The translations under genes were made by a program, and so were the position numbers. This document shows positions 40,984 to 51,102 of a stretch of DNA of 55,939 nt, one piece after another; the first letter of the stretch is position 1; each line of letters opens with the position of its first letter. Source of the stretch: a virus (lineage: Duplodnaviria; Caudoviricetes); IMG/VR virus record IMGVR_UViG_3300032282_004797, positions 1 through 55,939 of that record; one strand, 5' to 3'. The notes under the pieces are model-generated. The model had not been told where the DNA came from. It did not search any database and saw only the letters and a program-made list of their open reading frames with translations.

Positions 40984-41697
40984 ATGGGTATAAAAATATT
41001 AAAAGAAAACGAAGAAGGTTTTGGTATCTTAATTGAAGGTGATGCTGGTTCAGTATCTGAGGTATTACAAGGACAAATTATAAATGAGGAAATTAGTAAG
41101 GGTTCAATAGATTTATCTGGACCCATATACTATTATGCCACATTACAAAAATATGGTGTTGAAAACAGAAATGGTAGAGTATATCCAGAAGACATCTTAA
41201 GAAGAGAGGTTGAAAACTATAGAGAGGTTATTGCTCGCAACTCTAGTTTTCATGAATTAGATCACCCACAAGAATCAGTTATATCACTTAAAGGTGGTTC
41301 ACCGCACAGAATAGTAGATATGTTCTGGAAAGATAACGTTCTTATTGGTAAATTGGAAATATTAGTATCTGAAGGTTTTAGAAGAGGTGGTATCATATCT
41401 TGTAATGGTGATTTAGTTGCACATTACTTAAGTTATGGCATGACGTTAGGTATTTCATCTAGAGGTGTTGGTAGTCTTAAAAAGATTAACGGTAAAAATG
41501 TTGTACAAGGGGATTTTGAATTAATATGTTGGGACATTGTTTCTTCACCATCAACACCTGGCTCTTATTTATATAAAGACCCACAAGATTTTAAAAAATA
41601 TGACGAAGTTTTGAGTGAACCAAAGGAAATTGAGGAGAGCGCAGCCCCAGAAGAAGACAGTTTTTTAGCTAATCTTAATAAATTTTTGAAGTTTTAA
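40984..41697 (+). CDS. prohead core protease (T4 gp21-like)
   Basis: NRNGRVYP, ELDHP, GISSRGVGS, WDIVSSPS. Confidence 0.92.
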   Translation: MGIKILKENEEGFGILIEGDAGSVSEVLQGQIINEEISKGSIDLSGPIYYYATLQKYGVENRNGRVYPEDILRREVENYREVIARNSSFHELDHPQESVISLKGGSPHRIVDMFWKDNVLIGKLEILVSEGFRRGGIISCNGDLVAHYLSYGMTLGISSRGVGSLKKINGKNVVQGDFELICWDIVSSPSTPGSYLYKDPQDFKKYDEVLSEPKEIEESAAPEEDSFLANLNKFLKF

Positions 41698-41751
41698 GTT
41701 GTTTTTTTAAAAAATTTTTATTACTATTATAACAATTAAAAAATATTTTTT

Positions 41752-41991
41752 ATGAAAACATACTATTGGTACACCGTAGCGATTCAATTTGTGATTGAAG
41801 ACGAACAAACAGGTAAAATTAAAAAAATTAAAGAAAATTACATGACTAAAGCAATTTCAATAACAGACGCAGAAGCTAATGTTATCAAGGATTTGGAAGG
41901 GTACATGGGTGATTACAGAATTTTAAATTGTGCCGAATCTAAAGTTGTTAGAGTTTTAATTCCAGAAGGCGTTGATGTCAATGCTGAATAA
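41752..41991 (+). CDS. DUF4494-like protein
   Basis: WY...GKIKKIKENY...AISITDAEA pattern of the Bacteroidota DUF4494 family. Confidence 0.6.
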   Translation: MKTYYWYTVAIQFVIEDEQTGKIKKIKENYMTKAISITDAEANVIKDLEGYMGDYRILNCAESKVVRVLIPEGVDVNAE

Positions 41992-42012
41992 GTTACGGCC
42001 TTAAAATGTATT

Positions 42013-42043
42013 AAAAACCATCCACATCGGGTGGTTTTTTTTT
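42013..42043 (+). terminator. Rho-independent terminator
   Basis: AAAAACCATCC-ACATC-GGGTGGTTTTT followed by a T run. Confidence 0.75.
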
Positions 42044-42165
42044 GTTTAACCCCCGTGTAATATGACTTAATAAGAATATTTTTTTATTTTTTTTGTTCTT
42101 TTGATATTTTCATAGTATTTATTACTAAGATAATATATCATAATAATTTTTTAATAAATTAAAAC

Positions 42166-43452
42166 ATGAGCAAGACAAATATTTTAGCAGAAACTCTAGC
42201 TGAAATTCAAGAACTAAGAGAAGCTGTTTCTAAAAACGCTAACCATGCGTTGAAAAGCACCCTTAAAGAAGAATTAGAAGAAATTGTCAAAAACAACCTA
42301 GAGGAAGTTAATGACGAAGAGTTAACAGATGACATGCCTGGTGATAATCTACCAGGTGATCAAACAGCAAATAATGATGACGGTATGGGTGATATGCCTG
42401 CTGAACCACAAGATGGTGAAGAGGTTATCGATTTAACCGACAAATCAGATGAGGATGTTATTAATCATTTCAACCTTATGGAACCTGCTGATGAGATCGA
42501 AATCGTACAAACCCCAGAAGGTGGTGTACAAATCAACATCAAAGCCAAAACTGAAGACGAAGAATCTAAAGAAGATTCTGAAGAAGCGCCAGTAGCTACT
42601 GATGATGAGGAGTATAAAACTGAACCAATGGAAGAAATTGTTGATGAAACGGTTGAAATGAAAGAAGAGCCAGTGTATGAGATTGAAATCTCAGAAGAGG
42701 ATCTTAACGAAGTTGCTAAGGAAGCTACAGCTCACATGACTACTAAAGGTGGATCAGTTCCAACAGGTGAAAAGAAACTTGAGGAACCATCTAAAGAAAA
42801 TGGTGTGATCAAAAATGCGGCTACCAAACACATGACTACTAAAGGTGGATCAGTTCCAACAGGTGAAAAGAAACTTGAGGAACCATCTAAAGAAAATGGT
42901 GTGATCAAAAATGCGGCTACGAAAGATATCCAAGAAAGTACACAAAATAAGGCTGGAAACAAAAACAAAGAAAAAGAGTTACATGAAAGCTTGGTAGTTA
43001 TGAGAAAAAAATACCAAGAAACAGTGGCTGAAAATAATAAAAAGACTCAAGAGTTAGATAGCTTTAAAACTTTAGCGGAAGAATTTAAAGGTTCTGAAAC
43101 TGAATATAAATCAGCTATCAAAAATCTTAAGTCTCAGTTACAAGAAGTTGCTTTGTTCTCATCAAACTTAACTTATGCGATCAAATTGATTACTGAAAAC
43201 TCTACAACTAAGGATGAAAAATTCAATATCCTTAAAAGATTCGATTCAGCTAAAAACTTAAACGAGTCAAGAGAAATCTTTAACAGTTTGCAAGATCAGT
43301 TAGTTTCTGGTAAAACAGCAACAAAACAAGTGATTGAAGACAAAATTATGGAAAGTCCAAAAGCTAGTGGTTCTTCAAAATTAAATGAATCAACTGCTTA
43401 TCAAAATCCACAATTATCAAGAATGTTGGATATCATCGGAAAAATTAAATAA
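42166..43452 (+). CDS. prohead scaffold/core protein
   Basis: Acidic, coiled-coil, immediately upstream of the major capsid gene, with many L/I-x-E sites. Confidence 0.75.
   Translation: MSKTNILAETLAEIQELREAVSKNANHALKSTLKEELEEIVKNNLEEVNDEELTDDMPGDNLPGDQTANNDDGMGDMPAEPQDGEEVIDLTDKSDEDVINHFNLMEPADEIEIVQTPEGGVQINIKAKTEDEESKEDSEEAPVATDDEEYKTEPMEEIVDETVEMKEEPVYEIEISEEDLNEVAKEATAHMTTKGGSVPTGEKKLEEPSKENGVIKNAATKHMTTKGGSVPTGEKKLEEPSKENGVIKNAATKDIQESTQNKAGNKNKEKELHESLVVMRKKYQETVAENNKKTQELDSFKTLAEEFKGSETEYKSAIKNLKSQLQEVALFSSNLTYAIKLITENSTTKDEKFNILKRFDSAKNLNESREIFNSLQDQLVSGKTATKQVIEDKIMESPKASGSSKLNESTAYQNPQLSRMLDIIGKIK
42733..42920 (+). repeat. 96-bp-period tandem duplication (2 copies)
   Basis: 42733-42824 is identical to 42829-42920 and encodes HMTTKGGSVPTGEKKLEEPSKENGVIKNAAT twice. 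Confidence 0.95.
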
Positions 43453-43485
43453 TAAATAAAAAAACTTAAAAAAAAAAATACTAAA

Positions 43486-45081
43486 ATGGGAGCATTATTA
43501 GAATCAGGAAAAGTTGGTAACGTAGGTTTAAATCACTTAAAAAGCGTACGTACTGACGTAATTAACAGATGGGACAGCTTAGGACTATTAGAAGGTCTTG
43601 CTGGTCACAGAAAAGAGAATATCGCACAATTATTTGAAAACCAAGCATCACACATGCTTAATGAATCAGTTGCTTTAGGTAACGAAGGTTCTTTCGAAAC
43701 TGTGGTATTCCCAATCGTGAGAAGAGTATTCTCAAAATTATTAGCTAACGAAATCGTTTCGGTTCAAGCTTTAAACTTACCTATTGGTAAATTATTCTAC
43801 TTCATTCCGAAGTTAGATAATTCATCATTTGCTGCTGGTAGCGCAGGTATTCCAAAAACACCTCAAAACGCTGCTGGTACAACATCAAGTACAAACCTTT
43901 ATGATTCTTTCTATGGAGAGAATGGTCTTTATGACAGCTCTAAAGGTCAATATACAGTTTTAACTGGTGCTACAGCTGCTAATATATGGGAATTTAGTTC
44001 ATCAACTACTAGCGGTTATTCACAAGTAGCTGGACCTGTTACAAATTGTCCAATAAGCACAACTTCAATTATCAAAGTTGATTTCGCTGCAAATATTGAT
44101 AACTGGGAAAATGCTGAAGAAGTTATGTCAACATTAAACGTTACATCTGTAACTAGTGGTGCTGACTTTGATTTCTATTTACCAGCTCAAAAATATGGTA
44201 AATCAATCATGGACGCAGATGGTATTGTTTACATCGCAATCGTTAACAATAGTGCTTCTGTAGTATTACCATTGACAGGTTTAACTGTAACAGCTAAAGA
44301 ATACGAATCTTTAGAGTACAATGATCAAATGGGTGAAGTAAGCTTCGAACTTCAATCTGTAACAGTTTCTGTTATCGAAAGAAAGTTAAGAGCTCAATGG
44401 TCTCCAGAATTAGCTCAAGACGTATCAGCGTTCCACAACATTGATGCAGAAGCTGAATTAACAGCTTTATTGTCTGAGCAAGTTGCTGCTGAGATTGACC
44501 GTGAAATCTTAAGAGACTTAAGAAGAGGTGCTGCTTGGAGAATGACTTGGGATTACTCAGCTCAAACTGGTAATGGTGGTATAACTGCTGGTAACGGTTA
44601 CTATACTCAAAAAGATTGGAACCAAACTTTGATCACTGCGATCAACCAAGTTTCTGCACAAATCCACAAAGCTACTTTAAGAGGTGGTGCTAACTGGATC
44701 GTAGTTTCTGCTGAGGTTTCAGCTATCTTGGACGACTTAGAATACTTCCACGTATCTAACGCTGCTCCAGAGCAAGACAAATATAACATGGGTATTGAAA
44801 GAATCGGTTCATTGGGTGGAAGATACCAAGTTTACCGTGATCCTTACTTCCCAGCTGATACAATCTTGATGGGTCACAAAGGTACATCATTATTGGATAC
44901 TGGTTACATTTACGCACCATACGTGCCAATGCAATTAACTCCAACAATGTACAACCCATTCACCTTTGCACCAGTTAAAGGTATTATGACTCGTTACGCT
45001 AAGAAAATGGTTAACAACCGTTTCTATGGTGTAATCAAGTGTAAAAGTATCGTTCAATTCGGTATCACAGGTTTAAGATAA
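43486..45081 (+). CDS. major capsid protein (T4 gp23-like)
   Basis: RKLRAQWSPELAQD, IDAEAELTALLSEQVAAEIDREI, YAPYVP, KGIMTRYA. Confidence 0.96.
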   Translation: MGALLESGKVGNVGLNHLKSVRTDVINRWDSLGLLEGLAGHRKENIAQLFENQASHMLNESVALGNEGSFETVVFPIVRRVFSKLLANEIVSVQALNLPIGKLFYFIPKLDNSSFAAGSAGIPKTPQNAAGTTSSTNLYDSFYGENGLYDSSKGQYTVLTGATAANIWEFSSSTTSGYSQVAGPVTNCPISTTSIIKVDFAANIDNWENAEEVMSTLNVTSVTSGADFDFYLPAQKYGKSIMDADGIVYIAIVNNSASVVLPLTGLTVTAKEYESLEYNDQMGEVSFELQSVTVSVIERKLRAQWSPELAQDVSAFHNIDAEAELTALLSEQVAAEIDREILRDLRRGAAWRMTWDYSAQTGNGGITAGNGYYTQKDWNQTLITAINQVSAQIHKATLRGGANWIVVSAEVSAILDDLEYFHVSNAAPEQDKYNMGIERIGSLGGRYQVYRDPYFPADTILMGHKGTSLLDTGYIYAPYVPMQLTPTMYNPFTFAPVKGIMTRYAKKMVNNRFYGVIKCKSIVQFGITGLR

Positions 45082-45104
45082 TCTTAAGGGTTACATTAAA
45101 ATAC

Positions 45105-45133
45105 AAAAGGGTGGATTTTTTCCACCCTTTTTT
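45105..45133 (+). terminator. Rho-independent terminator after the capsid gene
   Basis: AAAAGGGTGGA-loop-TCCACCCTTTT followed by a T run. Confidence 0.85.
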
Positions 45134-45136
45134 GTT

Positions 45137-45165
45137 TATATTTGTTTCTTTTTTTACTATATTTG
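45137..45165 (+). promoter_or_regulatory. TAnnTTTG (-7) elements upstream of the second glycosylation cluster
   Basis: TATATTTG at 45137-45144 and 45158-45165. -33 spacing is not canonical. Confidence 0.5.
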
Positions 45166-45186
45166 TATGGTTAATTAGAAATATTT

Positions 45187-47940
45187 ATGAAAAAATTACT
45201 ATACATCGCTCCACACCTTTCTACAGGCGGTTTACCACAGTATTTAACTAAAAAAATTGAATTACTTAGAGATTCGTTCGACATTTATGTTGTTGAATGG
45301 TCTAACCACACTGGTGGTGTGTTGGTTGTACAAAGAGATAAAATAACTTCAATGGTTGCACCAGATAAATTCTTTACTCTGGAAGAAAACAAAATGCAAT
45401 TGATTGATATTATTAATCAGGTATCTCCTGATATTGTACACTTAGAAGAAATCCCTGAATATTTCATGGATTTTGAGGTTGCAAAAGAAATCTACAAAAA
45501 AGATCGTAATTATGTTATCGTAGAAACTTCTCACGATTCATCATATGATGCGACACAAAAGAAATTTTTCCCAGACAAATTTATGTTTGTATCTGATTGG
45601 CAAATTAAATTATTTGAATCAATTGATATCCCAAAAGTTCTTGTTGAATACCCAATTGAATATAAACAAAGACCAAATAGAGAAGACGCTTTAAAAGATC
45701 TAGGTTTAGATCCAAATAAAAAACACGTATTACACGTTGGTTTATTTACACCAAGAAAAAATCAAAAAGAATTTTTTGAATACGCTAAATCTTTACCTGA
45801 ATATGTTTTCCACTCTGTTGGTAATCAAGCTGGTAACTTTGCGCATTACTGGGAACCTTTAATGAAGGATAAACCAGAGAATGTTGTTTGGCATGGTGAA
45901 AGAAAAGATGTTGACAGATTCTATCAAGCGATGGATCTATTCTTATTTACATCTAGAGGTACCGATAATGATAAAGAAACAATGCCTTTGGTTATTCGTG
46001 AGGCAATTTCCTGGAACCTACCAATTTTAATTTACAACCTTGGTGTTTATTTGAATTATTTTGATAAATTTGATAACATCAAGTATTTAGATTTTTCTGA
46101 TTTCAATAAAAATTCACTTTTAATTAAAGAAGTTCTTGATAACGGTATACAATTCCAACCAAAAACAAAAGAAATTAATAGAGAAAAAGAAGCTGTAATT
46201 ATTTCAACGTACCCAACAACAAAAAGTGTTTTTGATACAACAGTTGAATCTATTTTAGCGGCTAAAAGAACAGGTAGAAAAGTGATATTAACATCACACT
46301 TACCAATTTCACCAGATCTACAAAGTTTGGTTGATTATTCTATATACGATAAAAATAATATCTTAACCAAACACACATATTACTCTCAAAGTAGATACAG
46401 CGAGGCTGATTTTTTTGCCTTTGTTAATCTAAGAGGTGAGGGTAATGATGTTTACCACGGCCCAACTTGCTATACAAACTATTACAATGGCGCTGCATTG
46501 GCAAATGAATTGGGTATGGAAAAGGTTTATTTTCTTAACTATGATTATGTGCTTAAAAATGACGCTTATTTGGATAATATTTCAAATGTGTTAGATACAA
46601 AATCAGCTTATTTTGGTGATATGCCGAATAACCAAGAAGGACATTCAGTTACAACCTTTTTCATGGGTATTAAACCTAAATTTTATTTAAATACTGTTGA
46701 GCCGATATTCTGTGCGCAAGATTATGAGAATTTAAGAACTAAATGGGGTTCATTTAGTAATGGGTATGAGAATATGATGTATTTTGCGTTCAAAGATAAA
46801 ATGAATCAAATTGAATTGGTTGGTGAAGAACAGTTTAAAACTGAAGTTGCAACTAATTTCCATCACAGAGATTACTCTAGAGTTGAATACTTTACCGTAT
46901 TACCAACTAATATACCTAATTCATTTGCTGTTTATTTCCAAGTTTCAAATTCAATTGATAGTAGAATCGTTAATATTAAGATTAATAAAAACGGATCTTT
47001 ATTAAAAGAAGAACAAATCACTGTAACTGGTAGAGGTGCTTGGTACAATATGGTTAGCTATAACCTAGAAGAAAACGCTATTTATACTGTTGATTACCAA
47101 TCATTTGATAAAGATACGCAACAATTTATTGAAAGTAAATTTATAGAAATCGACAATAACTACATCATTAACCAGCTACCTAATAACGGTATGTTTGAAT
47201 ACAAAGGTGATCACAACAGTGTTAATTTATTAACTAATAACGATGCGTCTAAACCTAAAATTAGAATTGTACATTTGGTTACAGAACCATCAAGTAACCC
47301 CAAAGAATTAAGATCGGCTTTTTCTTTAAAAGATTTCGCTAATACTTTTGACAACGTTGAATACTATCAAAAAGTTAATCTAATCTATAGGGAGTTACCA
47401 CCAGCGGATACATGTAATAGACCACATGATGTTGCGCCTGAGCCAGGGTACTTTAAATTATCACCAGGACATTATGGTTGTTTCTTAGCGCATAAGAATG
47501 GTATTACTTTACCAGATAATGATAAATATGATTTCATACTTGTATTTGAAGGTGATGTTATTATCGATGCTCCATACCAAGAACTATACGATAACTTAAT
47601 CAGATGGTCTCAATTGGCTAAAGAAGAAAATGTTGATATGGTTGGTTTTGGTAACTACTGTGCTGAAAGATATAGTGGTGAACGTGAGGATTTAATGCTT
47701 AATTTAAGTATTTTTGCGCCAGCACAATCCTACTTGATTAATAGAGAAAAATTACCTACTTTTGTGGAAAAATTTAATAATTGTAAATGGGATGCATTTG
47801 ATTTGTGGATGACAAAGGTTGCTGGTTTACACGGTGCCATGGCTAACAAGATCTATACTAAACATTTACCAGGTTATTCTATTGTGGATAAAAAAGATAA
47901 GAATAAAGACAACGATTACGCAGCAATTTTTACTAATTAA
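45187..47940 (+). CDS. multidomain glycosyltransferase (GT4-like N-terminus, central domain, GT-A/GT25-like C-terminus)
   Basis: STGGLPQY, VGLFTPRKNQ, ETMPLVIREA; central FLNYD; C-terminal GHYGCFLAH, VFEGD. Confidence 0.8.
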   Translation: MKKLLYIAPHLSTGGLPQYLTKKIELLRDSFDIYVVEWSNHTGGVLVVQRDKITSMVAPDKFFTLEENKMQLIDIINQVSPDIVHLEEIPEYFMDFEVAKEIYKKDRNYVIVETSHDSSYDATQKKFFPDKFMFVSDWQIKLFESIDIPKVLVEYPIEYKQRPNREDALKDLGLDPNKKHVLHVGLFTPRKNQKEFFEYAKSLPEYVFHSVGNQAGNFAHYWEPLMKDKPENVVWHGERKDVDRFYQAMDLFLFTSRGTDNDKETMPLVIREAISWNLPILIYNLGVYLNYFDKFDNIKYLDFSDFNKNSLLIKEVLDNGIQFQPKTKEINREKEAVIISTYPTTKSVFDTTVESILAAKRTGRKVILTSHLPISPDLQSLVDYSIYDKNNILTKHTYYSQSRYSEADFFAFVNLRGEGNDVYHGPTCYTNYYNGAALANELGMEKVYFLNYDYVLKNDAYLDNISNVLDTKSAYFGDMPNNQEGHSVTTFFMGIKPKFYLNTVEPIFCAQDYENLRTKWGSFSNGYENMMYFAFKDKMNQIELVGEEQFKTEVATNFHHRDYSRVEYFTVLPTNIPNSFAVYFQVSNSIDSRIVNIKINKNGSLLKEEQITVTGRGAWYNMVSYNLEENAIYTVDYQSFDKDTQQFIESKFIEIDNNYIINQLPNNGMFEYKGDHNSVNLLTNNDASKPKIRIVHLVTEPSSNPKELRSAFSLKDFANTFDNVEYYQKVNLIYRELPPADTCNRPHDVAPEPGYFKLSPGHYGCFLAHKNGITLPDNDKYDFILVFEGDVIIDAPYQELYDNLIRWSQLAKEENVDMVGFGNYCAERYSGEREDLMLNLSIFAPAQSYLINREKLPTFVEKFNNCKWDAFDLWMTKVAGLHGAMANKIYTKHLPGYSIVDKKDKNKDNDYAAIFTN

Positions 47941-48533
47941 TGTATTTACACGGACATAAATTAAATACTAAACACCCAGATTTTAATATTGGGTGGTGTG
48001 AATCAGTCTTTAAGGAGATTTGGTTAGACCACGAGTATTCAAGATATGGTGTTGAGGTGGAAAAAGGTGATATCGTTGTTGACTGTGGTGCTAATGTTGG
48101 TTTCTTTACCAACTACGCTTTGAATTATCGTAAAGCAAAACATGTTTATTCATTTGAATGTGATGAAACATATGTTGAATGTTTAAGAGAAAACACAAAC
48201 GAAAACGTTACTATAAAAAAAGCTTTTGTTTCTGATAGAAATGAAGAAGGTCATTACAACATAGAAAGAATGTTGAATGAATTCGGTTTAACACATATTG
48301 ATTTCATTAAAGTTGACATTGAATGGTGGGAATACCCTCTGTTAGTTAACATGTCAGATGATACAATGAAAAGAGCTAATAAATGGGTGATCGAATTACA
48401 TAGTATCTATGATAATTATGATAAAATATTAGATATAATTGAAAAATTTACTTTAAATGGTTTTGATGTCAATTATGAACAAGTGCATAAAGAAACAAAT
48501 CTAGCATTATTATACGCAAAAAAAAGAATATGA
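47940..48533 (+). CDS. FkbM-family methyltransferase
   Basis: VVDCGANVGFF, IDFIKVDIE, VIELH. Confidence 0.85.
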   Translation: MYLHGHKLNTKHPDFNIGWCESVFKEIWLDHEYSRYGVEVEKGDIVVDCGANVGFFTNYALNYRKAKHVYSFECDETYVECLRENTNENVTIKKAFVSDRNEEGHYNIERMLNEFGLTHIDFIKVDIEWWEYPLLVNMSDDTMKRANKWVIELHSIYDNYDKILDIIEKFTLNGFDVNYEQVHKETNLALLYAKKRI

Positions 48534-49480
48534 AAATTTGTCAAGTACATCCAGGATGCGGAATCCCAGTACCACCACCTAATTGGGGTGCTGTAGAAAA
48601 AATAGTATGGGAATTTACCCAGAATTTAAGATTATTAGGACACGAAGTTGACATTAAATATGCCAATGAGATCCAACCAGGTGAATACGATGTTGTTCAC
48701 GTACATATGGCTAATTTATGCCATTTTTTACATGATAGAGGTATACCATACATTTATCAGTTACATGACCATCATGCATATTATTACGGTAAAGGGTCGT
48801 ATGTTTTTAACCAAAATAATAGGGCTATCCTTGAATCACAGGTATCGTTAATGCCAGGTAAATTCTTGGTACCGTATTTTGAAACAGAAAAAGCGATTTA
48901 TTTTTCGCATGGTGTAAACACAGATTTTTACCACCCATCAGACGTTAGACCAAAAGAACATAAATTATTATGTTTGGCTAATAACGGTTTAGCTGGTATG
49001 GATGGTTATGATAGAAAAGGGTTTGGTTTTGCTATTCAAGCGGCAATGGCAAGAAATTTACCAATTACAATTGCTGGGCCAAGAAATAACCAAAATTTCT
49101 TTAATGAAAATCCATGGGTTAATGGTTACGCTAAATTATCAATCGAATGGGAACCAAATCAAGATGAATTGGTTGATTTATATCACAGACACACAATTTT
49201 TATGCACCCATCTGAATTAGAAGCTGGACACCCTAATTTAACGATATTAGAGGCCGCTGCATGTGGTTTACCGATTAATGGGGCCATTGAGATGGAAACT
49301 GATTTTAATGGTATGTGGAGAGCTCCTAGAAAGGTCACAGAAATTGTACGTGGTTTAGATGACATTATCGCTAATTATGATGGATACCGTGAAAGAGCTA
49401 TACAACACGCTGAATCTTTATCATGGTATAACAGATCAAAAGAATTATTAGAGGTTTACAAACAATACACAGAACAATGA
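48530..49480 (+). CDS. GT4-family glycosyltransferase
   Basis: PPPNWGAVEK, HGVNTDFY, RKGF, LEAAACGLP. Confidence 0.85.
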   Translation: MKICQVHPGCGIPVPPPNWGAVEKIVWEFTQNLRLLGHEVDIKYANEIQPGEYDVVHVHMANLCHFLHDRGIPYIYQLHDHHAYYYGKGSYVFNQNNRAILESQVSLMPGKFLVPYFETEKAIYFSHGVNTDFYHPSDVRPKEHKLLCLANNGLAGMDGYDRKGFGFAIQAAMARNLPITIAGPRNNQNFFNENPWVNGYAKLSIEWEPNQDELVDLYHRHTIFMHPSELEAGHPNLTILEAAACGLPINGAIEMETDFNGMWRAPRKVTEIVRGLDDIIANYDGYRERAIQHAESLSWYNRSKELLEVYKQYTEQ

Positions 49481-51102
49481 GAATATTAGGACTTTCAGCT
49501 GGATCACATTCTTGTGGTATAAGCTTAATAGAAGATGGTAAAATAATTTTTTCCTTAGAGGAAGAAAGACATACAAGGGTAAAAGTTTACAAAGATTTTT
49601 ATAGTAATTATTTCAGGTTTCCACAACAATCAATTATTGAAGCTATTAATAAATTTAATTTAGATACCAACTCAATTGATTACATAACAAGTTATTACCC
49701 AAAACATGAGGTTAAAATATTTTGGGAAAGTATGAATTTGGGTCCATTCCCAGAACAAAAATTTATTTTTGTTGATCACCATGATTCACATGCAGCCACT
49801 GCATATTATATGAGTGGTTTTGACGAAGATACACTTGTTGTTACAATGGACGCAAGTGGTGGTCAGTATAGTGCAAAATATTTTATTGGTTCCAACAGTC
49901 ACCTAGAATATATTGATGGGTTAGATTTAACAAGAAAATCTTTTGGTCATTATTACGCAATGTTAACAGAATTTTTGGGTTTTAGACGACTTAAAGATGA
50001 GGGTAAAGTTGTTGGTATGGCAGCGCATGGTAGGCATGATACTATTTCATATCAAGCATTCAATGAATGTATCAATATCGAAGGTATACATACAGATAAA
50101 GATCAATCAGATGTATTACTTGGTCAAGTGTATGTTGATTTCTACACCAAATACTATAAAACATTAGGGTCTAAAGTTTTTTTTGGTACAAAAGCTGATT
50201 TAGCGTACACAGGACAACTTGTTTTTGAAGAAAAGATATTACAAGTATTCAATAACCTACATAACATGTATCCTAATGTTAAAAAAGTTGCTGTTGCTGG
50301 TGGTGTTTTTGCTAATGTTAAATTAAACAAACGTATTAACGAATTATATTGGGTTGATGAAATGTTTGTTGCCCCACCAATGGGTGATGAAGGTTGTCCA
50401 CTTGGTTGTGCTTTAATGGTGCATAAAATGTTTACACCAGATTTTAAACCGTTTAAGTTGGATAACATGTTCATGGGAACATCTTATACTGATGCTGAGG
50501 TTGGTGAGCATTATTGGGACCAAAACAAATTTTCAAGAGAGATATTCACACCAGAATTGGCAGCAAAATATCTTGCTGAGGGTAAAATCATGGGTGTTTT
50601 CAACGGTAGGTATGAACATGGTCCAAGAGCTTTGGGTAATAGGAGTATTATTGGTGAAGTAACTAACCCAGATACCTATGATAAGATTAATAATAAGCTT
50701 CAAAGAAACGATTTCATGCCATTTGCACCAGCTGTTATGGAAGAACATGCCGATACAATCTTTAATGTCACCAAATCAAGGTACACAGCTGAGTTTATGA
50801 CCATGTTGTATGATACAAGACCTGAATGGGCTGACAGAATACCAACAGTTGTTCACCCTAAAGATAAAACAGCTAGAATACAAATAGTAACCAAAACAAG
50901 TAACCCAACATTTTATAAGATATTGGATGAATACAATAAATTATCTGGTGTACCTGTTCTTTTAAATACATCATTCAATGTACATGAAGAACCAATCGTA
51001 TGCCACCCGAACGAAGCGTTTAACCATCTGGAAAATGATGTCGTTGACTTATTAATAATAAACAATTTTATCTATAGAAAATATGAAGGACATATTAATT
51101 AA
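49477..51102 (+). CDS. NodU/CmcH-family O-carbamoyltransferase
   Basis: EEERHTRVK, HHDSHA, EGKVVGMA, GGVFANVKLN, GPRALGNRS, MPFAP, NTSFNVH. Confidence 0.92.
   Translation: MRILGLSAGSHSCGISLIEDGKIIFSLEEERHTRVKVYKDFYSNYFRFPQQSIIEAINKFNLDTNSIDYITSYYPKHEVKIFWESMNLGPFPEQKFIFVDHHDSHAATAYYMSGFDEDTLVVTMDASGGQYSAKYFIGSNSHLEYIDGLDLTRKSFGHYYAMLTEFLGFRRLKDEGKVVGMAAHGRHDTISYQAFNECINIEGIHTDKDQSDVLLGQVYVDFYTKYYKTLGSKVFFGTKADLAYTGQLVFEEKILQVFNNLHNMYPNVKKVAVAGGVFANVKLNKRINELYWVDEMFVAPPMGDEGCPLGCALMVHKMFTPDFKPFKLDNMFMGTSYTDAEVGEHYWDQNKFSREIFTPELAAKYLAEGKIMGVFNGRYEHGPRALGNRSIIGEVTNPDTYDKINNKLQRNDFMPFAPAVMEEHADTIFNVTKSRYTAEFMTMLYDTRPEWADRIPTVVHPKDKTARIQIVTKTSNPTFYKILDEYNKLSGVPVLLNTSFNVHEEPIVCHPNEAFNHLENDVVDLLIINNFIYRKYEGHIN

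Noticed and set aside
42733-42920. CRISPR array
   Set aside because: Two in-frame coding copies with no unique spacers. No cas genes or repeat-spacer array seen in the window.
5182-50748. Numerous short antisense ORFs in the track (e.g. 5182-5541, 16710-17084, 22302-22676, 27192-27707, 37969-38268, 50154-50474)
   Set aside because: Fully nested opposite well-supported genes, with Ser/Phe/Leu-biased shadow composition and no motifs.
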